The notes under the pieces are model-generated. The model made no database searches. It was not told where the DNA came from and was given only the letters and a program-made list of their open reading frames with translations. 64,000 nucleotides of DNA, taken from the NCBI GenBank assembly GCA_020629235.1, contig JAHDDS010000004.1, positions 1,794 through 65,793 on the forward strand, read 5' to 3'. The DNA comes from Planktomarina sp. (GTDB lineage: Bacteria > Pseudomonadota > Alphaproteobacteria > Rhodobacterales > Rhodobacteraceae). Shown piece after piece: positions 30,980 through 41,261 of the stretch; the stretch's first letter is position 1; each line of letters opens with the position of its first letter. The position numbers and the translations under genes are program-made.

Positions 30980-31726
30980 TCAGCCTGGTTTGTGACTGCT
31001 GGTCACATAATTTACGCCCAGGTCCGTCGCACTGATGGACCAGGTCCAGCGCAGCTTATTGAACACGAACCCTTTCCGATCCACAGGCACCAACCCAGCG
31101 TTTTCCAACAATGCGAAAAGTTCTTCGGGCGTGATGAACTTGGACCATTCATGCGTGCCTTTTGGCAGCCAGCGCATCACGTATTCTGCACCGATTATGC
31201 CGAAGAGAAAGCTTTTCGGCGTGCGGTTCAGCGTGGAACAGATGTGCAACCCGCCGGGCTTAAGAAGCGCAGAACATGCATCCAAGTACGATTGTGGATC
31301 AGCGACGTGTTCCACCACTTCCATATTCAATACGATGTCGAATTGTTCGCCGTTTCCGGCCAGCGCTTCGGCGGTGGTGTGACGGTAATCGATGGTCAGG
31401 CCGGACTGATCAGCATGGACCTGAGCCACGGGAATATTGCGTTCGGCTGCGTCTGCCCCCACCACGTCTGCCCCCAAACGGGCCATGGGTTCGCACAATA
31501 ATCCGCCCCCGCACCCAATGTCCAAAATGCGCAAGCCCTTGAACGGGGCGTCCGATTTCATGTCCCGGTCAAAGTCCAGGGCGATTTGCTGGGTGATATA
31601 ATCCAACCGGCATGGATTAAGCATGTGAAGGGGTTTGAACTTGCCTTCTGTGTCCCACCATTCGGCTGCCATAGCTTCGAACTTGGCAATTTCGGACGGG
31701 TCTACGGTTGTCTGGGCTGCTTGCAT
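30980..31726 (-). CDS. ubiG: Ubiquinone biosynthesis O-methyltransferase UbiG
   Basis: [41 protein letters not shown]. Confidence 0.96.
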   Translation of the reverse strand: MQAAQTTVDPSEIAKFEAMAAEWWDTEGKFKPLHMLNPCRLDYITQQIALDFDRDMKSDAPFKGLRILDIGCGGGLLCEPMARLGADVVGADAAERNIPVAQVHADQSGLTIDYRHTTAEALAGNGEQFDIVLNMEVVEHVADPQSYLDACSALLKPGGLHICSTLNRTPKSFLFGIIGAEYVMRWLPKGTHEWSKFITPEELFALLENAGLVPVDRKGFVFNKLRWTWSISATDLGVNYVTSSHKPG

Positions 31727-31791
31727 TCTGTGGTTCCAGTCTATCTAACGGGGTATCGGCCTAACACCGTCCAGGGGTATATAGCGCGGCT

Positions 31792-32769
31792 ATGGATAAA
31801 GACGCAGGGCAAAAACGCGCGGTACAATATCTTTACCCGCCCATCACGCCCTTCGATCAACGTATGATCGAAGTGGGGGACGAACACCTGGTGTATTTGG
31901 AACAATGCGGCAATCCCGATGGGTTTCCCGTGGTGGTGTTCCACGGCGGCCCAGGCGGCGGGTGCAGCCCGGCCATGCGCCGGTATTTTGACCCAGATTT
32001 TTATCGCATTATTCTGTTTGATCAGCGCGGCTGCGGACGATCCACGCCCCATGCGTCTGTGCGGAACAACACGACGTGGCACCTGGTGGCGGATATCGAA
32101 TTGATCCGAAAAACCTTGGGCCTGGACAAATGGATCGTGTTCGGCGGCAGCTGGGGGGCGACCCTGGGGTTGATTTACAGCCAAGCCCACCCCGCGGTGG
32201 TGGAACACTTGGTGCTGCGGGGCGTTTTCCTGGCAACCCAACCGGAACTTGATTGGTTTTATGGCGGCGGCGCTGGTCTGTTTTGGCCAGAAGCCTGGCA
32301 ACGATTTGTGAATCTTGTGCCAGAAGAAGAACGCGGCGACATGATCGCTGCGTACGGCAAACGCCTGTTCAGCGGCGATATCGCGTTGGAAACCAGATAT
32401 GCCCGGGCGTGGTCAGGATGGGAAAACGCTTTGGCATCGGTCGATTCCAGCGGCGTGGCGGGCGAAACCCCAGCAGAGTACGCGCGGGCATTTGCCAGAT
32501 TGGAAAACCATTATTTCCGGAACAAAGCTTTTTTGAACGACAGCCAACAAATTTTGCCGAACATAGATCGCTTAAAAAATGTGCCGGGCACGATTGTTCA
32601 AGGGCGCTATGATATGATCTGTCCGCCTAAGTCCGCGTATTCCCTTGCAAAAGCATGGAAACTATCGCGCCTCAGAATTGTGCAGAAGGCGGGGCATGCG
32701 CTGTCCGAACCAGGCATCAGTTCCGAACTTGTGCGCACCATGGATGGTTTGCGACAAAAAGCGTCGTAA
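31792..32769 (+). CDS. pip: Prolyl aminopeptidase
   Basis: HGGPGGG, FDQRGCGRS, GGSWG nucleophile, QGRYD, AGH. Confidence 0.94.
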   Translation: MDKDAGQKRAVQYLYPPITPFDQRMIEVGDEHLVYLEQCGNPDGFPVVVFHGGPGGGCSPAMRRYFDPDFYRIILFDQRGCGRSTPHASVRNNTTWHLVADIELIRKTLGLDKWIVFGGSWGATLGLIYSQAHPAVVEHLVLRGVFLATQPELDWFYGGGAGLFWPEAWQRFVNLVPEEERGDMIAAYGKRLFSGDIALETRYARAWSGWENALASVDSSGVAGETPAEYARAFARLENHYFRNKAFLNDSQQILPNIDRLKNVPGTIVQGRYDMICPPKSAYSLAKAWKLSRLRIVQKAGHALSEPGISSELVRTMDGLRQKAS

Positions 32770-32830
32770 TTTCTTTACTCTTTTCCCTGACCCGTTAACG
32801 TGAAGTCACATTGACCAAGGGGGACATAGG

Positions 32831-33820
32831 GTGGGCTCTGTCGGCAAGATTATTTTGCAACGGCTTGCGTTGGGCGCATTGACGCTTGTCATCGTTTCTT
32901 TCGTAATCTTCGCAGCTGTCAACGCGCTTCCAGGGGATTTCGCGGCGGCCATTCTGGGGCAGGGGGCAACGGAAGAAGCCAAAACCGCCATCCGGGCGGA
33001 CATTGGTTTGGATCGTCCGTTTTTCGAACGTTATTTCACGTGGCTTGGATCCATCCTGACGGGGGACTTGGGTGTGTCGTATGCCCAGATGATGTTCGCC
33101 ACGAACTTGGGCGGGGATCAGTTGATCTCTATCACGGATCAGATTGGGCCGCGGTTTTTCAACACGATGTTTCTGGCGGGTTTGACGGCTGTCATCGCGG
33201 TGCCCCTGTCCTTGACCATTGGCGTTCTGGCGGCACTTTATCGCGGATCGGTGTTTGACCGGGTGGCCAACGTGACCACGCTGTCGTCGATTTCGGCGCC
33301 TGAATTCTTCTTGGCGTATGTGCTGATCCTGTTTCTTGCGGTGATCAACCCGCTGTTTCCCGTGATCGCACTGCCGGAAGACGGGATGTCCTTGATCGAA
33401 CGGGCGCGGATCACGATGCTTCCAGCCCTGACGCTGACCTTGGTGGTGACCGCCCACATGATGCGTATGACACGCGCGGCCATCCTGAACCTGTTGGCCA
33501 GCCCTTACATTGAAATGGCCCGACTCAAAGGTGTGTCGCCCATGCGGGTGATTGTGGTGCATGCGTTGCCGAATGCGCTGGCCCCCATCATCAACGTTAT
33601 CGCTTTGAACCTGGCCTATCTGATCACGGGCGTTGTGGTGGTGGAAGTTGTGTTTGTGTATCCCGGCATCGGACAGTTGTTCGTGGACGCCGTGAAAAAC
33701 CGTGACATTCCCATGGTACAAGTCTGCTGCCTGATCTTTGCAGCGGCGTATATCCTTCTCAATCTGACAGCGGACGTGATGTCCATTCTGTCCAATCCAA
33801 GGCTGAGGCATCCGAAATGA
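32831..33820 (+). CDS. Dpp/Opp-type ABC transporter permease (DppB-like)
   Basis: LPGD, GLDRP, GDLGVS, YIEMARLKG, HALPNAL, NPRLR. Confidence 0.92.
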   Translation: MGSVGKIILQRLALGALTLVIVSFVIFAAVNALPGDFAAAILGQGATEEAKTAIRADIGLDRPFFERYFTWLGSILTGDLGVSYAQMMFATNLGGDQLISITDQIGPRFFNTMFLAGLTAVIAVPLSLTIGVLAALYRGSVFDRVANVTTLSSISAPEFFLAYVLILFLAVINPLFPVIALPEDGMSLIERARITMLPALTLTLVVTAHMMRMTRAAILNLLASPYIEMARLKGVSPMRVIVVHALPNALAPIINVIALNLAYLITGVVVVEVVFVYPGIGQLFVDAVKNRDIPMVQVCCLIFAAAYILLNLTADVMSILSNPRLRHPK

Positions 33821-35004
33821 TCACATGGCTTGCAGCGGTATTGCTGGGCAGCATTCCCGGGGGGTGGCTGTTTCGATTTTTGGGTCAAAAGCTGACCAAT
33901 AACCGGCCCTATTTCAGGGATATGGGGTTTGGCATGGCGTTCGGGTACGTCCTGGGGGCCGCCATCTTGGTTTCTGCAATCTGGATGTATATCGTCAGTT
34001 GGTCGACGGCAGGGGCCATCCCGGACACATATTTCTTCTATCGCACAGCTGTGCATGGCCTGATCCTGTTCGCCATTATGGGCGTGGCATTCTTATGGTT
34101 CGGTCGCTTGGTGGGTACGGCTGGGACGCGCAAGCTGTTCCGATCCATGCCAGTCACAGCTGCATTTGGGATACTGATCATCATCCTTTATGCCATCTGC
34201 GCCATCTTTGCGGATTTTATCGCCCCCTATGGCCAGGAAGAAGTTTTGGGCAACGCCAACGTCGTCCCAGGCGGCAATCCTGCTTTGGGCGGCAATCCTG
34301 ATTTCCCCTTGGGCACGGATCAAATTGGCCGCGATATCCTGTCCCGCCTGATATATGGCGCGCAAAACACGGTGGGCATTGCTTTCGTCACCACCTGTTT
34401 GGCGTTCTTCTTGGGGGTCACCGGCGGGTTTTTGGCGTCGACGTTGCGGGGCTGGACGGACCAGGTGTTGTCGCGCTTGGTGGATGTCTTGATGGCCATT
34501 CCCGCGCTGATTTTCGCCCTTTTGCTGATCACCGCGGCGTCGTCGCTGTTTACAGGGTTTGGTCTGACGGTTGCGATGATTGTGATTATCGCCGTGATCG
34601 ACGCCACCCGGGTGTTCCGCCTGGCCCGTGCGGTGGGCATGAACATCGTTGTTATGGACTATATCGAAGCGGCCAAACTGCGCGGCGAAGGTTTGGGGTA
34701 CCTGATTTTCCGGGAAATCCTGCCCAACGCCACAGCACCGCTTTTGGCTGAATTTGGGCTGCGGTTCTGCTTTGTGTTTTTGACCATCGCATCGCTGTCG
34801 TTCCTGGGTGTGGGCATCCAGCCGCCCTTGGCGGATTGGGGCACTATGGTGCGGGATCTGTCGCAGTTCATTAACTTTGCCAGCTTCGCCCCCCAAGTGT
34901 CGGCGGTGGCTTTGCTGCCAGCGTTGGCCATCGCGCTGTTAACCGTTGCGGTGAACTTTGTGGTGGACTGGATGCTGCACAAATCTTCGGGCCTGAAGGA
35001 GTAA
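33817..35004 (+). CDS. Dpp/Opp-type ABC transporter permease (DppC-like) with N-terminal extension
   Basis: LGTDQIGRDILSRLIYG, YIEAAKLRG, LSFLGVGIQPP, DWG. Confidence 0.92.
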   Translation: MITWLAAVLLGSIPGGWLFRFLGQKLTNNRPYFRDMGFGMAFGYVLGAAILVSAIWMYIVSWSTAGAIPDTYFFYRTAVHGLILFAIMGVAFLWFGRLVGTAGTRKLFRSMPVTAAFGILIIILYAICAIFADFIAPYGQEEVLGNANVVPGGNPALGGNPDFPLGTDQIGRDILSRLIYGAQNTVGIAFVTTCLAFFLGVTGGFLASTLRGWTDQVLSRLVDVLMAIPALIFALLLITAASSLFTGFGLTVAMIVIIAVIDATRVFRLARAVGMNIVVMDYIEAAKLRGEGLGYLIFREILPNATAPLLAEFGLRFCFVFLTIASLSFLGVGIQPPLADWGTMVRDLSQFINFASFAPQVSAVALLPALAIALLTVAVNFVVDWMLHKSSGLKE

Positions 35005-35007
35005 CCC

Positions 35008-36657
35008 ATGTCAGATCAATTGGTGAAAATTCGGGGCCTGAAAATCGAAGGCCGGTCTGATGAAACGTGGAATCCCATTATCAACGGCGTGGACCTGGAC
35101 CTGAACAAGGGCGAAGTTCTGGGGTTGATCGGGGAATCTGGCGCAGGCAAATCCACCATGGGCTTGGCGGCCATGGGATTTACCCGCGATGGGTGCCGCA
35201 TTTCCGGCGGATCGGTGGAATTTGACGGAATCGATCTTGTGAATGCACCAGCAGCGGTCAAGCGGGGCTTGCTGGGAAAACGGATCGCCTATGTCGCGCA
35301 ATCTGCGGCAGCGTCGTTCAATCCGGCCCACAAGCTGATTGACCAGCATACAGAGGCGCCAACCCAGCACAGCGTTCAAAGCAAGGCAGAATCGGAAAAG
35401 GACGGGATTGAACTGTATCGTCGCCTTCGGTTGCCCGATCCCGACAACATCGGCTTTCGGTACCCCCACCAGGTATCAGGCGGGCAATTGCAGCGGGCCA
35501 TGACGGCCATGGCCATGTCGTGCCGCCCCGACCTTATCATCTTCGACGAACCCACAACCGCGCTGGACGTGACGACCCAGATCGAGGTTTTGGCGTCCAT
35601 TCGTGACATCGTGGAACAGTTTAACACGGCTGCGATTTACATCACCCACGACTTGGCCGTGGTGGCGCAGATGGCAGACAAGATCAAAGTCCTGCTGAAA
35701 GGGGACGAGGTCGAAGAAGCCGACACCCGCACGATGTTAAGCGCCCCAAAGCAGGAGTATACCAAGTCGCTTTGGGCCGTCCGGTCGTTCCAGCGGCCGC
35801 AAAAACCCGCAGTAAATGTGGGGGCGACCCCGGTTGTGTCGGTGCAAAATGTCACGGCCGCCTATGGCACGGTGCCCGTGTTGTTTGATGTAAGTTTTGA
35901 CATCCACGCCGGTCGGACCGTCGCTGTTGTGGGGGAATCGGGATCCGGCAAATCCACAACCGCCCGGTGCATCACAGGACTGCTGCCCCCCAAACAGGGG
36001 CACATTGAATTCGACGGCCAGGTTTTGCCGCTGGATTATCGCCAGCGGGATAAAAACCAACTGCGGCAGGCGCAGATGATTTACCAAATGGCGGACACCG
36101 CCTTGAACCCGCGCAAAACCATCGGTGAATTGATCGGGCGCCCGGTGCAGTTTTATTCGGGCAAGACCGGCGCTGAAAAGCGCAAGCGCGTCGATGAACT
36201 GTTGGAACAGATCGAATTGGAACCGACCCAATATTTCAACCGGCTTCCGTCCGAACTGTCGGGCGGCCAAAAGCAACGCATCGGCATCGCCCGGGCCTTG
36301 GCCGCTGAACCGAAATTCATCATCTGCGATGAGGTAACATCCGCCTTGGACCAATTGGTGGCTGAAGGAATCCTGAAGCTGTTGGCGGATCTTCAAGACA
36401 AGCTTGGCTTGTCGTACATGTTCATCACCCATGATTTGGCCACTGTTCGGGCCATCAGCGATGAAGTTGTGGTGATGAAGGACGGCAAGGTTGTGGAACA
36501 GGGACCCAAAGACCAAATGTTCCAGCCGCCACACCACCCATATACCGATTTATTGCTGTCATCTGTGCCAGAAATGGACCCTGATTGGCTGACAACCCTT
36601 CTCAAAGAGCGTGGGGTTGATAACATCGGGGATGCAGCCGTCGACAAGATGGCCTGA
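35008..36657 (+). CDS. Dpp/Opp-type ABC transporter ATP-binding protein (two fused NBDs)
   Basis: GESGAGKST and GESGSGKST; SGGQLQR and SGGQKQR; DEPTTALD. Confidence 0.94.
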   Translation: MSDQLVKIRGLKIEGRSDETWNPIINGVDLDLNKGEVLGLIGESGAGKSTMGLAAMGFTRDGCRISGGSVEFDGIDLVNAPAAVKRGLLGKRIAYVAQSAAASFNPAHKLIDQHTEAPTQHSVQSKAESEKDGIELYRRLRLPDPDNIGFRYPHQVSGGQLQRAMTAMAMSCRPDLIIFDEPTTALDVTTQIEVLASIRDIVEQFNTAAIYITHDLAVVAQMADKIKVLLKGDEVEEADTRTMLSAPKQEYTKSLWAVRSFQRPQKPAVNVGATPVVSVQNVTAAYGTVPVLFDVSFDIHAGRTVAVVGESGSGKSTTARCITGLLPPKQGHIEFDGQVLPLDYRQRDKNQLRQAQMIYQMADTALNPRKTIGELIGRPVQFYSGKTGAEKRKRVDELLEQIELEPTQYFNRLPSELSGGQKQRIGIARALAAEPKFIICDEVTSALDQLVAEGILKLLADLQDKLGLSYMFITHDLATVRAISDEVVVMKDGKVVEQGPKDQMFQPPHHPYTDLLLSSVPEMDPDWLTTLLKERGVDNIGDAAVDKMA

Positions 36658-36723
36658 AGAATCACCCCTCGAAAGAGGATAAAAGTCTTTAAAAATAAGA
36701 CGTTCAACAAGGGAGAAAATCGA

Positions 36724-38277
36724 ATGTCTCAATTTACTCGCCGTGGTCTGATGAAGACCTCTGCCGCTGCCGGTGTTCTGGCGGCGACAGGTATGCCAGC
36801 TTCGGCAGCTGGCCATGGCCCAAAGCGTGGCGGCACGCTGCGTTTGGGCATTGCTGGTGCAAACACATCTGACAGCTGGGACGGGCGTACGCACTCTGAC
36901 TCGTTCATGATCATGATGGCGCACGGCACTGTGTTCGATTGCTTGACCGAGGTGAAAGCCAACGGTGAACTGGTGGGCGAATTGGCTGAAAGCTGGGAAG
37001 CATCCGCCGATGCAAAAACCTGGACCTTCAACCTGCGCAAGGGCGTTACCTTCCACAACGGCAAAGCATTCGGTGCGGATGACGTGATCGAATCGCTGCA
37101 AATGCACGTGGCCGAAGGCGCGAAATCCGCGGCGAAACCAATCGTTGCTGCGATTTCTGAAATGAAGAAAATGGGCGACCACCAGGTTCAGTTCACGCTG
37201 GCTGCCGGCAACGCTGACTTCCCATTCTTGATGTCCGACTACCACATCCTGATGTACCCTGCCGGCATGATCGACGAAGCGATCGCCAAAGGCATCGGCA
37301 CAGGTCTGTACAAAGTGGACAGCTTTGACCCAGGCGTAAAAGCGGTTCTGACCCGCGTCGACAGCCACTACAAAGACGGTGAAGCAGGTTGGTTCGACGG
37401 CGTAGAAGCCATCGCCATCAACGATTCGTCCGCACGGATGAACGCGCTGATGACTGGCCAAGTGGACGCTGTGAACCGCGTTGACTTCAAGACAGAGCCA
37501 TTGATGAAGGCCAACCCGAACGTGGAAATCTTCGAAGTGACGGGCAACCAGCACTTCACCTTCCCAATGCTGACCAACACCGCACCGTTCGACAATGTGA
37601 ACGTGCGCAAAGCGCTGAAGTACGGCGTGAACCGTCAGGAAATGGTGGACAAAATTCTGCAAGGCCACGGTAAAGTCGGCAACGATCACCCAATCGGCCC
37701 TGCAAACCAATACTTCGCTGCAGACCTGCCGCAGCTGGAATATGACTTGGACAAAGCCAAGTTTTACATGAAAGAAGCCGGTCTGACATCGCTGGACGTC
37801 AGCCTGTCCGCATCTGACGCGGCCTTCTCTGGCGCGGTTGATGCAGCCCAGCTGTACCAAGCGTCCGCCAAAGGCGCTGGCATCAACATCAACGTGGTGC
37901 AAGAACCTGCAGACGGGTACTGGTCGAACGTATGGCTGAAAAAGCCATGGTGTGCGTGTTACTGGTCCGGTCGTGCGACCGAAGACTGGATGTTCTCTAC
38001 CGCGTACGAATCTGGTGTGCCGTGGAACGACACAAGCTGGGAAAACGCCCGCTTCCAGGAGCTGCTGTTGTCTGGCCGCGCCGAATTGGACAGCGACAAG
38101 CGCCGCAGCATCTATGGCGAAATGCAGGCCATCATGTCCGAAGAAGGCGGCACAATCGTTCCGATGTACGCCAACTATGTGGACGCGAACTCCACCAAGC
38201 TGGCCCACGGCCCGGACATCGGGAACCTTTGGCAGATGGACAGCAGCCGGATCACCGAACGCTGGTGGTTCAAGTAA
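36724..38277 (+). CDS. ABC transporter substrate-binding protein (family 5), Tat-exported
   Basis: TRRGLMK Tat motif, GGTLR, LAESWE, WTFNLRKGVTFHNG, GTG. Confidence 0.93.
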   Translation: MSQFTRRGLMKTSAAAGVLAATGMPASAAGHGPKRGGTLRLGIAGANTSDSWDGRTHSDSFMIMMAHGTVFDCLTEVKANGELVGELAESWEASADAKTWTFNLRKGVTFHNGKAFGADDVIESLQMHVAEGAKSAAKPIVAAISEMKKMGDHQVQFTLAAGNADFPFLMSDYHILMYPAGMIDEAIAKGIGTGLYKVDSFDPGVKAVLTRVDSHYKDGEAGWFDGVEAIAINDSSARMNALMTGQVDAVNRVDFKTEPLMKANPNVEIFEVTGNQHFTFPMLTNTAPFDNVNVRKALKYGVNRQEMVDKILQGHGKVGNDHPIGPANQYFAADLPQLEYDLDKAKFYMKEAGLTSLDVSLSASDAAFSGAVDAAQLYQASAKGAGININVVQEPADGYWSNVWLKKPWCACYWSGRATEDWMFSTAYESGVPWNDTSWENARFQELLLSGRAELDSDKRRSIYGEMQAIMSEEGGTIVPMYANYVDANSTKLAHGPDIGNLWQMDSSRITERWWFK

Positions 38278-38299
38278 GCTGACGCTTCATACCAAACCG

Positions 38300-38329
38300 A
38301 AGGCCCCGCCATTGTGCGGGGCTTTTTTC
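38300..38329 (+). terminator. Intrinsic terminator after the SBP gene
   Basis: AGGCCCCGC-CATTGT-GCGGGGCT followed by a T-run. Confidence 0.85.
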
Positions 38330-38358
38330 TTGCAATCCCGAAGATTCCCACTTACTTG
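38330..38358 (+). promoter_or_regulatory. Putative sigma70 promoter of rimP-nusA-infB
   Basis: TTGCAA-N17-TACTTG just downstream of the terminator. Confidence 0.45.
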
Positions 38359-38373
38359 CCGTTCAACAGCGGC

Positions 38374-38434
38374 GTTCCAGCCTCCACCCCTGGAACCCAC
38401 CGGAATTTCGAACGGGCCGCGCGCCCGTTTTTTT
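38374..38434 (+). promoter_or_regulatory. rimP leader with premature terminator (attenuator-like)
   Basis: Hairpin GTTCCAG-N9-CTGGAAC, then AACGGGC-CGCGC-GCCCGTT plus a T-run ending 17 nt before the rimP ATG. Confidence 0.7.
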
Positions 38435-38451
38435 GTGCCTGGAAGGACCCT

Positions 38452-39024
38452 ATGGCTGATCTGATCGCCAAAGCCGCCATGGACCGCCGTGTCCTGGAAA
38501 TCATCAACCCCGTTGTCGAAGACATGGGGTTCGAGATTGTGCGCATTCGCCTGATGGGGGGCAATACGCCGCTTTTGCAGATCATGGCGCAGAAACCTGA
38601 CGGCACGATCGAAGTGGACGACTGCGCGGAAATCAGCGGCACCGTGTCTGCCTTGTTGGACGTGGAAGACCCGATCATCGAAGCATACACCTTGGAAGTG
38701 TCCAGCCCCGGCATCGACCGCCCCCTGACCCGGTTGAAGGATTTTGACCAATGGGAAGGGTATGTGGCCAAGATCGAAACGGAAAACCTGATCGACGGCC
38801 GCCGTCGCTTTAAGGGCGTGCTGGACGGCACCGACGGGGACGAGGTGTTGATCGAAATTGACGAAGGCACCATTGGCCTGAAATTCGACTGGTTGGCGGA
38901 TGCCAAGCTGGTCCTGACTGATGATCTGATCCGCGATGTCCTGAAAGGGCGCAAAGACGCGGGCCAGATCGACCAAGCGCAATTTGACGACATTCAAACC
39001 ATCGTGGATGGAGAGGAAGACTGA
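38452..39024 (+). CDS. rimP: Ribosome maturation factor RimP
   Basis: [28 protein letters not shown]; ATG 38452. Confidence 0.96.
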   Translation: MADLIAKAAMDRRVLEIINPVVEDMGFEIVRIRLMGGNTPLLQIMAQKPDGTIEVDDCAEISGTVSALLDVEDPIIEAYTLEVSSPGIDRPLTRLKDFDQWEGYVAKIETENLIDGRRRFKGVLDGTDGDEVLIEIDEGTIGLKFDWLADAKLVLTDDLIRDVLKGRKDAGQIDQAQFDDIQTIVDGEED

Positions 39025-40634
39025 TGGCAATTACTTCTGCAAACCAGCTTGAACTTCTGCAAACAGCTGAGGCTGTGGCCCGGGAAAAAATGATCGATCC
39101 CGGCCTTGTGGTGGAAGCCATGGAAGAATCGCTCGCCCGGGCGGCAAAGTCGCGCTACGGCGCGGAAATGGACATTCGCGTGTCCATCGACCGCAAAACG
39201 GGGCGCGCCACATTCACCCGTGTGCGCACCGTGGTGGAAGATGAAGAGCTGGAAAATTACCAGGCTGAATTCACCGTCGAACAGGCCAAGCAGTACATGG
39301 AAAACCCATCTGTCGGCGACACGTTTGTCGAAGAAGTGCCGCCTGTGGAAATGGGCCGGATCGCCGCGCAATCGGCCAAGCAGGTGATTTTGCAGAAGGT
39401 CCGTGAAGCAGAACGCGACCGTCAGTACGAAGAATTCAAAGACCGCGCCGGGACCATCATCAATGGTCTGGTGAAGCGCGAAGAATACGGCAACGTCATC
39501 GTGGACATCGGCCGGGGCGAAGCTGTGCTGCGCCGGAACGAAAAGATCGGCCGCGAATCGTATCGCCCGAACGACCGGATCCGCGTGTTCATCAAGGACG
39601 TGCGCCGCGAACAACGCGGCCCGCAAATCTTCTTGTCGCGGACAGCGCCTGAATTCATGGCCGAACTGTTCAAGATGGAAGTGCCCGAAATCTATGACGG
39701 CGTGATCGAAATCAAAGCCGTGGCGCGGGACCCGGGTTCGCGCGCGAAGATCGCGGTGATTTCCTATGACGGATCGATTGATCCCGTGGGGGCCTGTGTG
39801 GGGATGCGCGGCAGCCGGGTTCAGGCAGTCGTGAACGAACTGCAGGGTGAAAAGATCGACATCATCCCGTGGAACGAAGACCAGCCCACCTTCTTGGTGA
39901 ACGCATTGCAGCCGGCTGAAGTGTCCAAGGTTGTTCTGGATGAAGAAGCCGAACGCATCGAAGTTGTGGTGCCCGATGAACAACTGTCGCTGGCCATTGG
40001 ACGGCGGGGTCAGAACGTGCGGTTGGCCAGCCAACTGACCGGCCTGGCCATCGATATCATGACCGAAGAAGAAGAATCGAAGCGGCGTCAGGCAGAGTTC
40101 GAAGAACGCACCCGCCTGTTCATGGCGGCTTTGGATTTGGACGAATTCTTTGCCCAGTTGCTGGTGTCCGAAGGGTTCACCAACTTGGAAGAAGTCGCCT
40201 ATGTCGAAGTGGACGAACTGCTGGTCATCGACGGCGTCGACGAAGGCACCGCCACCGAACTGCAAGCCCGTGCCCGTGACGTGATCGAAGCCGAAAACGA
40301 ACGTGCTTTGGCCAACGCCCGGGAAATGGGTGCCGAACAAAGCCTGATCGATTTCGAAGGCTTGTCGCCGCAAATGGTGGAAGCCTTGGCGGAAGACGAT
40401 GTCAAAACCTTGGAAGACTTTGCAACCTGCGCCGATTGGGAACTGGCCGGCGGCTGGACCACCGTGGACGGGGAACGGGTCAAGGATGACGGCGTTTTGG
40501 AAAAGTTCGATGTGAACCTGGAAGAAGCGCAAACAATGATCATGACCGCCCGGATTATGCTGGGCTGGGTGGATCCAGAAGACCTGGCGGCGGAAGAAGA
40601 AGCCCCCGCCGAAGACACAGAAGCAGAGGCGTAA
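39024..40634 (+). CDS. nusA: Transcription termination factor NusA
   Basis: GRIAAQSAKQVI, S1, ARDPGSRAKIAV, KH domains GRRGQNVRLA, acidic repeats. Confidence 0.98.
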   Translation: MAITSANQLELLQTAEAVAREKMIDPGLVVEAMEESLARAAKSRYGAEMDIRVSIDRKTGRATFTRVRTVVEDEELENYQAEFTVEQAKQYMENPSVGDTFVEEVPPVEMGRIAAQSAKQVILQKVREAERDRQYEEFKDRAGTIINGLVKREEYGNVIVDIGRGEAVLRRNEKIGRESYRPNDRIRVFIKDVRREQRGPQIFLSRTAPEFMAELFKMEVPEIYDGVIEIKAVARDPGSRAKIAVISYDGSIDPVGACVGMRGSRVQAVVNELQGEKIDIIPWNEDQPTFLVNALQPAEVSKVVLDEEAERIEVVVPDEQLSLAIGRRGQNVRLASQLTGLAIDIMTEEEESKRRQAEFEERTRLFMAALDLDEFFAQLLVSEGFTNLEEVAYVEVDELLVIDGVDEGTATELQARARDVIEAENERALANAREMGAEQSLIDFEGLSPQMVEALAEDDVKTLEDFATCADWELAGGWTTVDGERVKDDGVLEKFDVNLEEAQTMIMTARIMLGWVDPEDLAAEEEAPAEDTEAEA

Positions 40635-40643
40635 TACACAAAG

Positions 40644-41261
40644 ATGCCACGCGGCGGCGCGCGATCTTCCACCACAGACCCAGAACGGCGATGCCTTGTT
40701 TCTGGCGAAAGTGGCCCCAAATCAGGGTTAATCCGGTTCGTCACAGGACCGGATGGCACTGTCGCGCCGGACGTTTTGGAAAAACTGCCGGGGCGGGGAT
40801 ACTATGTCACGGCCACGCGCGCCGCGTTGGATGATGCGGTTAAGACCAACATCTTTTCCAAAGGTGCGCGGCAGAAGGTTTCTGTGCCCGACAATCTGGT
40901 GGGTCTGATCGAAGATCAGCTTGCCGCACGGGTGACCAGCCTGATCGCCATGGCGCGCAAAGCGGGCCTGGCCGTGGCAGGGTTTGAAAAAGTGAAAGCC
41001 CGATTGGCTGAAGATCGGGTCAAAGTATTGTTCCAAGCCAGCGATGGATCGGAACGCGGGAAATCAAAGCTCTGGACACCCCAGGGCGCACGATATTTCG
41101 GCTGTTTAACGGCGGCTGAATTGGGTTTGGCATTCGGCAGGGGGCATGTCATACACGGCGCACTCTCGGCTGGCGGACTCAGTACTCGTGTAGTAGAGGA
41201 TGCCACAAAGCTGCGCGGCTTACGTGAAGACCGCACAGCCCAGAAGGACGATAGAGCTTAA
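40644..41261 (+). CDS. YlxR (DUF448) RNA-binding protein fused to an L7Ae-like domain
   Basis: [21 protein letters not shown]; ARKAG...GFEKV...ELGLAFGR; between nusA and infB. Confidence 0.88.
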   Translation: MPRGGARSSTTDPERRCLVSGESGPKSGLIRFVTGPDGTVAPDVLEKLPGRGYYVTATRAALDDAVKTNIFSKGARQKVSVPDNLVGLIEDQLAARVTSLIAMARKAGLAVAGFEKVKARLAEDRVKVLFQASDGSERGKSKLWTPQGARYFGCLTAAELGLAFGRGHVIHGALSAGGLSTRVVEDATKLRGLREDRTAQKDDRA

